This document shows, piece by piece, positions 55,301 through 64,000 of a stretch of 64,000 bases of DNA. The number at the start of each line of letters is the position of its first letter. The stretch's first letter is position 1. Origin of the DNA: Naegleria gruberi (lineage: Eukaryota); NCBI GenBank assembly GCA_000004985.1, contig GG738876.1. One strand, given 5' to 3'. The notes below the pieces were generated by a model that was not told where the DNA came from, searched no databases, and saw only the letters and a program-made list of their open reading frames with translations. The translations under genes and the position numbers were made by a program.

Positions 55301-56251
55301 TCTGATATTACACTAGTATCAGAAAAACCATCTATTATTGGTATGCACGATTTGTTGAAAGACGATTTGCTGCTGGGAAAGAAAGGATGTATTGGGTCAT
55401 ATCTCGATTGGTGTGCCAATAATCTGGTTAGAGATTCACCTCAACCAGACAATTCAGAATGGTGCAGAATAGAATTGGGTGAAGCAAGGAGAAAGCAATT
55501 TGCCCCTCTACTTAGAAACAAGATTAACCAACTCTCCTCTCAGATGATTATTGATGAAGAGGAAGATGATTCTAGAGAAATCCAACTCACGAGCTATAAC
55601 AAGACTCTCAACTTGATTCTATTTGGTAATTCGTTTATTTCCAGTCAAAAGAGGAGAAAATCCAGAGCTCTTTCGATTGGCATAGTTAGATCTCCAACCT
55701 CCTCTCCATCAACACCATTATCTGAGGATTCTCCACGTAAAAAGAAGAAGAGTGATTCTGTTTCGAGTGGAACTGTTGTTATTTGTTTCCCAACTCATTC
55801 CTCTTTGGATGAATTTGTACGGGATATGGTTGAAGTTTCCAAAGATGAGCAAAAACCATTCAGTATTACTCCAGAATTTTACTTGTTGAAGAGTTTTGAT
55901 AGAGCTCTTTGGTTGAGAAATAATTTTGACAAGAATAAGATTTGTAGAGATTTGGACAATTCTAAACTCCCAACTCATGAATTTCTTGTTGGTGACAATA
56001 GAAAACGAATCATTCAAGGCAAAGACCCTCTTACCTCTCTAGATTATTTAGATGAATTATTGTACAATGATGAGGAAGATTCTGCTCTGGAATTGATTAA
56101 ATCACTCAAGAATGAACCAGCTAAAATCAGAATTTCAAATTCCAAGAACAATGGAAAGGCCAGTTTACCGACTATGAAATGTTTGTGCCCATTCGGTGAC
56201 CCTAGAAGAGAACTTCCCTTCATAGAAAATGCCACAATTCCAACTGATTAA
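52325..56251 (+). CDS. Large (1308 aa) S/T/N-rich low-complexity protein with a more ordered C-terminal half
   Basis: Single uninterrupted ORF; the N-terminal 600 aa are dominated by Ser/Asn/Thr/Pro tracts, the C-terminal roughly 600 aa are non-repetitive. No domain recognised. Confidence 0.55.
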   Translation: MTIIIKSMGNKATKFEPTPNNNHHEETPLSSLRKSSTTTNNNNNSTRSFRSNLSRANTNSLSRPGGLTSSRSQPTLVRFRENTTDDEDSSDEDEDKNRQNSETLKRKTPTGSSPAAVTDNSSSSSPSRSSVSSPAARNKRRSILLFLGRNNEDEQQQEQQQNGMQYLGNDIVMSDKVMDRSTELNESFLRQMKRRTLNLGSALFNRKLVSNNSPSSSSGRLQSPLTALNSSTVSVLAQMPLSDDDSDMEEETPKTPTNNRLSLVIENVPTVSSPNSSPTTNTMNYSGEQSVISSPLSGPNNKQLNSPGNRKSQLLLNLVMMGRKNVKNVESASESSGNLNQKTVVELIQMENENLSRTPPSPSGSSTNSSTSMNSIQMTFSQAQSNNKLPSPTPLHATTSSSNLTRQHSQLSSRRKSIGAFVFEPLRFNKISNHSISPNTNSITSSPNINNSNSKTTITNDVSTTNSPFSNSLHTLPTSTTRNTSPSTSTSIISSPNIVKNTSANNLLTINFPSHATLTPTTSQNSISPLSPRSPRSPIDRTLGESRIELRKKVFSVRLENKEGSNNSLVSLAFNGKAIDETNHSHHHEGVSDQEAAEIDHANLIDYKFHFLFSMSTTEGLIDKQLDLEDLENSSLSGTIETDSHRLNQSMIFLSSASNFHDRNSRKASYIKGLQTIFEKLYKTQMNLNESHVEDYEIHQQDRDTFKMTLMLGIPHLADKMIKSELDQVLQFNGEYETYVEKKRKEKRDLTIALQKMVPNTTEYEFTKGKIDNFLILKREEFFLAGSDVESSKVSSKDNSSNNLLIDTSNVFRIDRIDSTSNFISEKERVLIEQDQIKLKHPIKLFILFTTNNNQITNAPNVPGTFVNSKFFIKLLSKIGKITGLLPQFGFLHMSLIVSSMRFDWLDSELCVPKTKLKSMRAIACVEVGSVDNFSDLKKVTKIMGSKISFWNRNIHYCRGIGYHYNTSTVEEKANHQGSCHQFVFDLLDSLSSDITLVSEKPSIIGMHDLLKDDLLLGKKGCIGSYLDWCANNLVRDSPQPDNSEWCRIELGEARRKQFAPLLRNKINQLSSQMIIDEEEDDSREIQLTSYNKTLNLILFGNSFISSQKRRKSRALSIGIVRSPTSSPSTPLSEDSPRKKKKSDSVSSGTVVICFPTHSSLDEFVRDMVEVSKDEQKPFSITPEFYLLKSFDRALWLRNNFDKNKICRDLDNSKLPTHEFLVGDNRKRIIQGKDPLTSLDYLDELLYNDEEDSALELIKSLKNEPAKIRISNSKNNGKASLPTMKCLCPFGDPRRELPFIENATIPTD

Positions 56252-56306
56252 TAATTTAGTCTAAAATTTACAAGTAATGATCCAATAAAATAGAAAGCTC
56301 TAAAAT

Positions 56307-57611
56307 TTATACTCTACTAAGCCAAATATCACTCTTACCAACTCCATTGATAATAAATCTGGCTATTTGATCGTAGGTTGGATTGATAAAGGTTTGGGAA
56401 GGAGCTCTCTTAACGAAAAATCCCCAAACATAACGAGGCTCTTCCAAAACTGTTATTTTGTTAAAACCTGCTTTCATCAAAGCTCCCAAAACATTCAAAG
56501 TATATCTGGTAATTTCCACAACAGTATTATCAACGAGTGGGAGTAATTGTTTACCACCTTCAATCACAGATCCTTCATTTCCTTCAACATCAATTTTAAG
56601 AATTGTAATTCTCTTCTGTTTTTTAATGTGCTCACTGAATGCATCATCCAAGGATACTGATAATATTTGATCATTTGAAACTGTAGTACTCTCAAATGCA
56701 TAGGCAGATCCCTTATTTTGATCATCTCCATATCCAAATGAGAATGATTTACCAGAAACCTATATTACATCCAAAATTTAATTTCCACATTGCAAAATGT
56801 TAAATAATTGTGAATAAATAGATGAATTATTGCTAAAACTTACACTAGTTACAGCATTATTATGGACTTGAATATTCTTAAATCCATTAATTGTAGCAGA
56901 AGCTTTAATTCTCTCAACCATTTCAGGTTGAACTTCAAAAGTAGAAACTTGACATCCATAAGCTGCACTCAACAAGGAGAAGAATCCTAAATTTCCACCC
57001 ACATCAATCATATTACACTCAACATTTGGTTTCTTGAATACGTCATCCAACACTTCCTCAAATGTTTTTTCAATAGCACTTTCCCACCATCCTCTACGAA
57101 CTAATTGATTAGAAATCCAAACATCACTCTTCGGAGATAGTGTCAAAATCAAGAATGAAGGATTTGTATTCGTCTTGACCAAATACAAACTCTCCTTATT
57201 CTTATTAGCATAGACTGGACCTGCCATCTCTACGGCCCAATCAGGTCCATTATACACATAAATAAACCATCTCAATATGAACAAAATTATAAAAACAATT
57301 AATAGGAGAATGAATAATCCCTTTCGAGTACAGAGCAAACTTCTCAACATGCCTCCAATCCTACGCGGAAGTGTTGATGTTTTAATTTGATCGTATTGTC
57401 TTGTTGATGATGATGATACTGATGAAAAACTCTCGGAACGTTGTGTTGATGATGACGGCATATTCTTTTCAATATCGAAAAGTTCATCACCGACATGTTG
57501 TTGTTGTTGTTTGGAGTGATTCTCATCATCCGTATTGGTGTAATTATTCTGATGAGGAGGGTTGTTGTTGGATGATGATGGGGTGATGGTAGAGTTTCGT
57601 TGTTGCAACAT
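56307..57611 (-). CDS. FkbM-family methyltransferase with N-terminal membrane anchor; 2 exons
   Basis: IDVGGNLGFFSLLSAAYGCQVSTFEVQP and ILKIDVEGNEGSVIEGG are characteristic FkbM motifs. An 84-nt intron (56843..56760; GTAAGT...ATATAG) joins ...HNNAVTS|VSGKSFSFGYGDDQ... in frame. N-terminal TM LFILLLIVFIILFILRWFIYVY. Confidence 0.75.
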
Positions 57612-57746
57612 TTTTTTGTCTTTTGAAATGTTGGTGGATTACAAAATTGATCAGTGATTTGAAAAAGAAAAGAATGTTTTAAATCAGGATAGGTTGATCA
57701 GTTTTCATAAAATTGGTTTAAGGGAGATAAGTGAAAAAACAATGTT

Positions 57747-57819
57747 TGGAGATGCGGGGTATCGATCCCCGTACCTCTTCCATGCTAAAGAAGCGCTCTA
57801 CCATGTGAGCTACATCCCC
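57747..57819 (-). tRNA. tRNA-Ala (anticodon AGC), intronless, with G3:U70 identity pair
   Basis: Minus-strand read GGGGATGTAGCTCACATGGTAGAGCGCTTCTTTAGCATGGAAGAGGTACGGGGATCGATACCCCGCATCTCCA. Acceptor GGGGATG/CATCTCC gives G3-T70; anticodon loop TTAGCAT. Confidence 0.9.
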
Positions 57820-57887
57820 TTACATTCATTTTGCAAAAAAAGAACAAAATAGACTTGTTGCCTTAATAAATTACCTTTTGTTTTTTA

Positions 57888-58987
57888 TTAATATACACTG
57901 ATGGAGTTGATAATTTCAATGATTAGATTCTCAATTTTATAACCTAGTTGAGAAATGTCAGATGAGCTGCTCAATCTCTTTCTATATTCAATAATACACA
58001 TTCTATTACTCTTTCTTGGATCAATTCTGAATGAAGCCATTGAAATAAACATGTGCAAACCTTCTCTAGAGGTGAATGTCCACTTATCAATTGTACTTCT
58101 ATCAGAGAGACACTCATTCGATATCTGACTCTGAATATCTTTAGAGCGAGCAATGTTTTTGCAAGATCCATTCGAATCCTCATCCATTTCTCTTTTCAAT
58201 TCAACCACTTTACTATCTTCATTCACAATCATGATATTGAAAATGTCATACTCCAATGAGGCATCTTTCTTTGAGATAACCTCAAATGTGTTGGAGCATC
58301 CAGATGCTGTTGCACAATGTTCCAACATGTGAAAATTGGAAGGAAGCATAAAGTTGTATCCACTAATGGCATGCATTTCCATGGATGCTTGGTTTCTCTT
58401 TCGAAGTGATTTAGTTGGAGCTGATGTTTCATTGAGTGAGAGAGTGAAATGTACTTGGCATGCATTCAATGGTGCTGATGTTGATGCTTTCCTATTACAT
58501 GATGTAGATGGAGTGAGACCTAATAATTGGTCAAGAACAATTCCCTTATCACTTGATGCAGATGGAAATAAATCATTCATGGAGAATGTCATCATTCCCT
58601 CAAACATGTTCTCATTCTAATGCATCATCAAATTTTGAAACGAATTAACACATGTGAAAAACTATTTTTGAAATAACTACTTACTTTTTTGATAAACATT
58701 TTGGTGCATTCCTTGTAAAGTGCAATTGATATGGAATGTGAATGATTTCCTTTGAGAAAGACTTGATATTTAGTCTGAATAGGAACCTTCTCTTCATGAA
58801 CAGGCGAATTGACCAAGTTCATCTTTCCAAACTGTTCCAACGAATAGTTCCACACATGAATCGAGTCCACACAAATCTCCAACTGATACGGTTTCATATC
58901 AAAACTCCAATTCCTACCCTTGAACATTCTCTTATCCATGAATTGCAACACCAATGAATGAACATTAATATTCAACATGTTGTTCAA
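57888..58987 (-). CDS. Hypothetical protein(s); two adjacent ORFs (58628..58987, 57888..58607) possibly one spliced gene
   Basis: Both ORFs share the strand and are separated by about 20 nt. No domain recognised and the splice was not resolved. Confidence 0.3.
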
Positions 58988-59194
58988 TTATTATTCAGTT
59001 GTTGCTTTCTTTTTTTTTGAAAAGATAACTGAATGAATGGAATGCACATGTGTTCCAATGGATAACACATTTTGCTAGCATGGGAATACATCATTTTGGC
59101 AGATTGTCCAAATGTGGAAGTTGCATTTTTCAATACAATGACCAAATATTCACAGACATGGACAAATGGTGGCGTTGAGAGATACTGCTTCCAT

Positions 59195-60130
59195 TCATGG
59201 AAATTTGAATTTCTTCAAGTGAATTTTCAAGCCATGGATGCATGTTACATCAATATCTTCTTCCTTAAACTCCTCTTCTTTCTGTATTAAGGTTTCATGT
59301 TGTTTTGTTTTCTCCTCCGCATTGCCATCCCTATTACTCACATGATGTTGTAATTGATGATGTTCATGATGATGAGTATTCACCATTGGATTGATAGAGT
59401 ATTTTCTCCTATGAAAATCAATGCTATTACTTGTAAATATGTTAGTGGATTGAAAGTTGACATAACTTGCATGCAATAAACCTTCCTCTGATGCTGATAT
59501 GAATGGTAAAGATGAGGAAGGTATCTCCTCTCGTACTGGTTCTTGTACAGTAGAAGCAGCAGTTGCAGTAGCTGAAGATGCCTCAACATCCTCTGTACTA
59601 CTACAGGAGTATAGCAGAGGAGAGGATCCATCATACTGACTCTCACTGAGTGTATTGGTGGAAGAGTATTTGCTGTTTGATGTGGAGGATGAGGTCTTGG
59701 TGGCTATAGATGCATCCTCTATGGAAATAGATTCGGATGATGTCTGAACATGTGGTTCATTCACAACTTGGACTCCAGGAGATGCACTATGAAACCCTAG
59801 GACCATTTGTTTCTTGGAAGAGGATGCTTGTTCAACATTCTCTAAAGTAGCATTCATCTCGTAATGATTAGTGGAATCATCATCTTGTTGGTCTGTAATG
59901 TCTTTTTGAATAACATTCTCTTGATGTTCAGGAGTATTAATTGATGCAATTGTTTCAAACATAAGGAAGGATGAGAATCGACTGACCACTTGTCTGCCGA
60001 AACTCGATAAACCAAACACCAAGAGCAGCATGATTGAGCAAACTCCCTTAATAAACCTCTCTATCCAAACTATCATGTAAATATGTAAAAAATTGATGTG
60101 ATGATTGTTATAAGTGAAGATATTGAACAA
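59195..60130 (-). CDS. Hypothetical Ser-rich protein with N-terminal TM/signal anchor
   Basis: 311-aa ORF; N-terminal hydrophobic segment LLLVFGLSSFG, S/T-rich middle region. Confidence 0.4.
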   Translation of the reverse strand: MFNIFTYNNHHINFLHIYMIVWIERFIKGVCSIMLLLVFGLSSFGRQVVSRFSSFLMFETIASINTPEHQENVIQKDITDQQDDDSTNHYEMNATLENVEQASSSKKQMVLGFHSASPGVQVVNEPHVQTSSESISIEDASIATKTSSSTSNSKYSSTNTLSESQYDGSSPLLYSCSSTEDVEASSATATAASTVQEPVREEIPSSSLPFISASEEGLLHASYVNFQSTNIFTSNSIDFHRRKYSINPMVNTHHHEHHQLQHHVSNRDGNAEEKTKQHETLIQKEEEFKEEDIDVTCIHGLKIHLKKFKFP

Positions 60131-60966
60131 TCAAGTTGAAGAAAAGAGAGAGTGCGTTGATACTTTTTTAAATACACACTTGTGTGTGAAACAGAATATT
60201 GCGTGTCGTTGTTGATAATCTCGTTTTGTGTCTGTGTGTTGTGGTGTGAGAATTTAACAACCAACAACAACAACCAACTGTTTATGTACAATATGAGACT
60301 GTAAATGCATCATCTTATCAGCATCACACGAAATGGAGACCTTTGAGGGATTATTTGTTAATCATCCTCAAAGTGAAAATACGAATGGCGAAAGCATGAA
60401 TTAATTGGATTCAAAGAAAACATGCAGGGATCATGGCAAGTATATTTGGCAAGTCAAACGCCTTAAAATGTATAAAACAACTTTCCAAAAAAGCATCCCC
60501 TTACTTGCCTTAATAAATTATCTGACCTATCTAACACACTCGGGCTAATAAATTGTATCACCCTTCGCATTCCAATTTGTTATAGCATACATGAAATCCA
60601 TATTGAAACAACAAGCTTATATTTGATGACGAGATTCGGTCATTCGTTTACTTTATACTTTATAGGCGGGTGTTTGATTTTGGATCATGAAATTATCTAA
60701 TAAAGGTTGAATAATTTCCCAATTCATCAATTCATTCATTTCAATAATTATTTGTAGACCTGAAGAAGAATCTACAGCAAGAGAGTGTGATCTTTGACAT
60801 TTTCACATGTAGAGCAATTGGTATTCCTTAAATTTTCTCACATTTGTGAAATTAGAAGAAGAAGATTAACCTATTTCTTTAATCAATTCTATCAATTTAA
60901 TCAGTAATAATCTCAAAGATTATCAATTTCAAATTTTCTAAATTTTGATTAAAGTGTTTAAAAAAA

Positions 60967-62418
60967 ATGGAAATTGCTCATCAAGAAGCGCTCAATGTTG
61001 CTAATTTTCTCGTCATTGATGATATTATTTATGAGGTAATGACCTTTTTACATTCGGAATTTATCATTCGGAATTGTTTGATGGTTTCTAGGCAGTGGTA
61101 TGGTGTGGTGAGGAGAGTTTCTTTAGAATTGAATATTAAAAATTCTGATCAATTAAATTTATTAATTGATGGCTATGATGATGGACTGAATCCAAGAATG
61201 GGTCGATTAAATATTCTGCCACAAGTGAATAGGTTTATTTATGAGTATTATTCAAAACTTGGAAAGGATTTGGTGAGGAAAATAACAAATTCGATGAAGA
61301 ATTTGAGAGAATTGGTACTTGTTGGAGTTGAGTTAGAAATTGATGATGTTAAATGCTTGGTAAATAGTCAATTGACCAGTTTGGATGTTTGCGACAATAG
61401 TATTGGAGATGAAGGGGTTACTCTAATAGCTAATTCATTAAAGCAATTAACAAAATTAGGAATTGGACAAGTAGGAGTTGGAGATGAAGGTGTTAGACAG
61501 TTAGAAAAATTAACTCAACTTACAGAACTCGATGCTAGTTGTAACGATTTCACAATATCTGTTCTTGTACAGGTTATAGATAACTCTCTGAAGCAATTGA
61601 AAACACTTTCAGTTTATTCATGTAACATAGAAGATGAGCATATGAAAGATATTACCACTCTCTCCCAGTTGACATCCCTCTCGGTCGGTATCAATAGAAT
61701 AACCGGAAATTCATTGAAACTTATAGGATATTCAATGAAGGACTTAACATATTTGGAAGTTGCAAATAATGAAATTGGAGATGCAGGTACTGAATACCTT
61801 TGTAATTTGAAAAAATTGAAGGAGCTCAGTATTTCCTCAAACAAGATTAGCCAGTTAGGATTTGAACATATAAAATCCATGGACCAGTTGAGAATACTTC
61901 AATGCAATAACACCAACATAATGAACCAAGTATCTACAATGTCTCATTTGGAAACACTAGTCGTTATTAGCGATTGCAAAATTAATATTGAAATATTTGA
62001 AAGCATGAGCAAGAATATGAAAAGCTTGACGAAATTAAATCTATACAAAAATGCTATCAATGACATGGACTTTGTGAGGTTTATTGCTTCTATTCAGCAT
62101 TTACGTGAGCTGCACCTCGAAAGCTGTTCTATTAACGATAATTCAGTAGAAATTATTAGCTCAATCCAAAATTTAAGAGGTTTATTTGTCCCTTCAAATG
62201 ACATTACAGATGGCGGTGTAAAGCATTTAACAAAATTGACCAGTCTCAGAGAGCTGGACATTTACTGTAATCCTATTGGCCTTGAAGGTGTGAAAATTAT
62301 TAGTTCAGGATTAAAAGGATTGACCTCACTAACCATTAGCAAGAAAGATATTGGAGAAAGGGGACAATATTTGATTCGTTTAATGAATTTGGATACACTT
62401 ACTTATGTGGATAAATGA
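60967..62418 (+). CDS. F-box-like / RNI-type leucine-rich-repeat protein
   Basis: N-terminal F-box-like DIIYEVMTFLHSEFIIRNCLMVSRQWY followed by about 14 RNI-like LRRs (L..L.L..N.IGDEG...L). Confidence 0.65.
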   Translation: MEIAHQEALNVANFLVIDDIIYEVMTFLHSEFIIRNCLMVSRQWYGVVRRVSLELNIKNSDQLNLLIDGYDDGLNPRMGRLNILPQVNRFIYEYYSKLGKDLVRKITNSMKNLRELVLVGVELEIDDVKCLVNSQLTSLDVCDNSIGDEGVTLIANSLKQLTKLGIGQVGVGDEGVRQLEKLTQLTELDASCNDFTISVLVQVIDNSLKQLKTLSVYSCNIEDEHMKDITTLSQLTSLSVGINRITGNSLKLIGYSMKDLTYLEVANNEIGDAGTEYLCNLKKLKELSISSNKISQLGFEHIKSMDQLRILQCNNTNIMNQVSTMSHLETLVVISDCKINIEIFESMSKNMKSLTKLNLYKNAINDMDFVRFIASIQHLRELHLESCSINDNSVEIISSIQNLRGLFVPSNDITDGGVKHLTKLTSLRELDIYCNPIGLEGVKIISSGLKGLTSLTISKKDIGERGQYLIRLMNLDTLTYVDK

Positions 62419-62980
62419 AAAACAAATTGTAAGATGTAGTTTAATGAGCTGGACTAGTGGCAAAACTATTTATTTTGGAAACATTTCACAAAAAATGGGA
62501 AACAATTCTCAAATCTTGAAGTGAGGTATAGCAAACATTTTGATGAATCAGATGATGATTATGAAACCTCTCTTAAATATTAGTAAGAACCAACTTTTAA
62601 TTTTCCTTGCCATTGGTGAATAGAAAGTTCTTGAAGATTCTTCTAACTTTCTTTGAAACATAGTAAATAGTTGAATTGGTAGCATGTTTTATCCAATACA
62701 GCATTCTCTTAATGTTGCACTTTTCTGCAATGGTAGCATACAGCATGAGATTGTGGCATAGCTCATTTGTGCAAGGAGATTCATCCATGATTTTAAGGTC
62801 TGCCCTTCATTGAATCTTCCCAAATCTATGCCAGCAAAATGACACAAATAGTCCAACATGAATGTTTTGACATTATTTTCAACTCAAAGTTTGGCGAAAC
62901 ATTTGTCGAATAATTTTTGAAAGATGTATGTTTTAATTCGGAAAATTTTAAATCTACATGTGTCCAGTTTACAAAAGATT

Positions 62981-63250
62981 TCAAGTACCAACTCTATAAA
63001 TTTCACTACTCATCAATTTCTTCCGCTGTTTTGCTTTCTTTTCCTGCAAATCTTCAGCAAATTCAAAAAAATCGGAACGAGTGCAAATAATTAGCAAATC
63101 AGAAAATTTCCCAAATTTGAAATTTTCTTCTTCCTCTTCTTGAACTTGCTGAAATAATTTGGTTTTAAATTGAAATTTGGAGTACATTTCCAACATTTCG
63201 GTGAAATAAATTGGTGCACTTCCTATGCAAATATGAACAATTGGTCTCAT
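62981..63250 (-). CDS. Small hypothetical ORF; weak resemblance to the sedlin/longin-fold N-terminus, possibly first exon of a spliced gene
   Basis: MRPIVHICIGSAPIYFTEMLEM loosely resembles the sedlin motif FVIVGHHDNPVFEMEF. Unresolved and low confidence. Confidence 0.25.
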   Translation of the reverse strand: MRPIVHICIGSAPIYFTEMLEMYSKFQFKTKLFQQVQEEEEENFKFGKFSDLLIICTRSDFFEFAEDLQEKKAKQRKKLMSSEIYRVGT

Positions 63251-63440
63251 TTTTTTTTAATATTTAATTAAATTAAATATTTAAGTAGTATAATTTTGTT
63301 GTAAAGTATTGCTGCTTCAATTTAGCTCAACACATGTCCAAGCGCGTATTAATTCATTTTCATAAAATTCTATTACAATAAAATAATTAATACGTACTTC
63401 AAATTCTTAAAATGTAAGATCAACAACATTTCAAAAAAAA

Positions 63441-64000
63441 ATGAAAGCACAAGTCATTAATGATTATCTACAACCTTCTGAATTTAAATCTGATTGGGAA
63501 TTGCCAACATTCGATCCAAAGAGTGACCAAGTGATGGTTCGAATGAAATCATCTTCCATGAATCGTGGCGATTACACAATTAGAAGTGGAGCAGTCAAGA
63601 CTTTTGTTTCCTTAAAGTTTCCATATATTTTGGGAAAGGAAGGCAGTGGTATTGTGGAGAGAGTTGGAGAGAAGGTAAAATCAATTCAGATTGGTGAGCA
63701 AGTTGCTGGAATTTTTGGTGAGGTCACTAAAAATGGAACATTTGCAGAGTTTGCAGTTTTTAAAGAGAAGGAATTGGTTAGAAAACCTGATTGTCTGGAT
63801 TTTGATCAAGCTTCGATAATGCCTGCTATTGGAATGGCTATTGTGGAAATGTGTCGATCACATGATTGGATTTTACCAATTATTGAAAGAGAGGCAGATA
63901 GAATTGCCAATGGTCAAGGGCTGACACCAGAATATGATGAATCTGAAAAGAAATCCATGACCATTGTTGTGATTGGAGCTAGTTCAGGAACTGGATGTAT
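63441..64000 (+). CDS. Medium-chain dehydrogenase/reductase (quinone-oxidoreductase/zeta-crystallin-like), 3'-truncated by the window end
   Basis: ATG at 63441. VMVRMKSSSMNRGDYTIRSG...FPYILGKEGSGIVERVGEKV..IQIGEQVAG...GTFAEFAVFKEKELVRKPDCLDFDQASIMPAIGMAI match the MDR GroES-like and nucleotide-binding signatures. The ORF runs off the end and is not in the supplied track. Confidence 0.75.
   Translation, partial: MKAQVINDYLQPSEFKSDWELPTFDPKSDQVMVRMKSSSMNRGDYTIRSGAVKTFVSLKFPYILGKEGSGIVERVGEKVKSIQIGEQVAGIFGEVTKNGTFAEFAVFKEKELVRKPDCLDFDQASIMPAIGMAIVEMCRSHDWILPIIEREADRIANGQGLTPEYDESEKKSMTIVVIGASSGTGC

Noticed and set aside
62597-62788. 63-aa minus-strand ORF downstream of 62981..63250, considered as a second exon of a sedlin-like gene
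   Set aside because: Similarity to sedlin is too weak to assert and I could not define in-phase splice sites. It is left unannotated apart from the low-confidence first ORF.
1-64000. CRISPR arrays, IS elements/transposons, integrases, rRNA genes
   Set aside because: I scanned for direct repeats with spacers, terminal inverted repeats, LTRs, transposase-like or RT-like ORFs and rRNA-like conserved blocks and saw none. The only repeats are intragenic coding repeats.

Overview
This window is eukaryotic nuclear DNA: AT-rich, gene-dense and intron-poor. I support about 44 protein-coding genes and two intronless tRNA genes, tRNA-Lys(UUU) and tRNA-Ala(AGC), both on the minus strand. Most genes are single long ORFs. 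The introns I could resolve by hand are very short (42-102 nt) with GTAAGT/GTATGT/GTAGGT/GTGAGT donors and pyrimidine-rich (C/T/A)AG acceptors. Proteins carry frequent N/Q/S homopolymer tracts, and four Gal4-type Zn(2)Cys6 transcription-factor genes are present, three of them adjacent. This combination suggests a fungal (possibly early-diverging) or fungus-like/amoebozoan lineage, but I cannot name the species. The supplied ORF track uses alternative start codons (TTG/GTG), so several of its 'M' starts are not ATG. I corrected starts where an in-frame ATG was obvious. Recognisable products include an ABCD-type half ABC transporter, PRP19 (U-box plus WD40, one intron), MGMT, a Pmp3-like proteolipid, a GPCAT-like polytopic protein, a Kelch-repeat protein, an FkbM-family methyltransferase, F-box/LRR proteins, a WH2 protein, a TAF8/Bromo_TP-like histone-fold protein and a 5'-partial MDR-type oxidoreductase at the window end. 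The most interesting region is a G-protein signalling neighbourhood at 26.7-35.1 kb. It contains a 7TM receptor-like protein with a Cys-rich ectodomain and a membrane-anchored penicillin-amidase (Ntn-hydrolase, AHL-acylase-like) protein of bacterial type. It also contains a divergent G-alpha-like protein with a degenerate P-loop and, convergently, an RGS protein with an unusual TM-ectodomain-TM-RGS sensor topology. Other notable items are an intron-containing bacterial-type (PrpB) 2-methylisocitrate lyase and an intact but N-terminally truncated actin gene. There is also a Trm5/TYW2-like plus Trm9-like double methyltransferase, a protein with RNA-Pol-II-CTD-like YSPTSPS heptads, and two repetitive secreted/membrane proteins. 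No transposons or CRISPR arrays were seen. One 50-nt N run marks an assembly gap.
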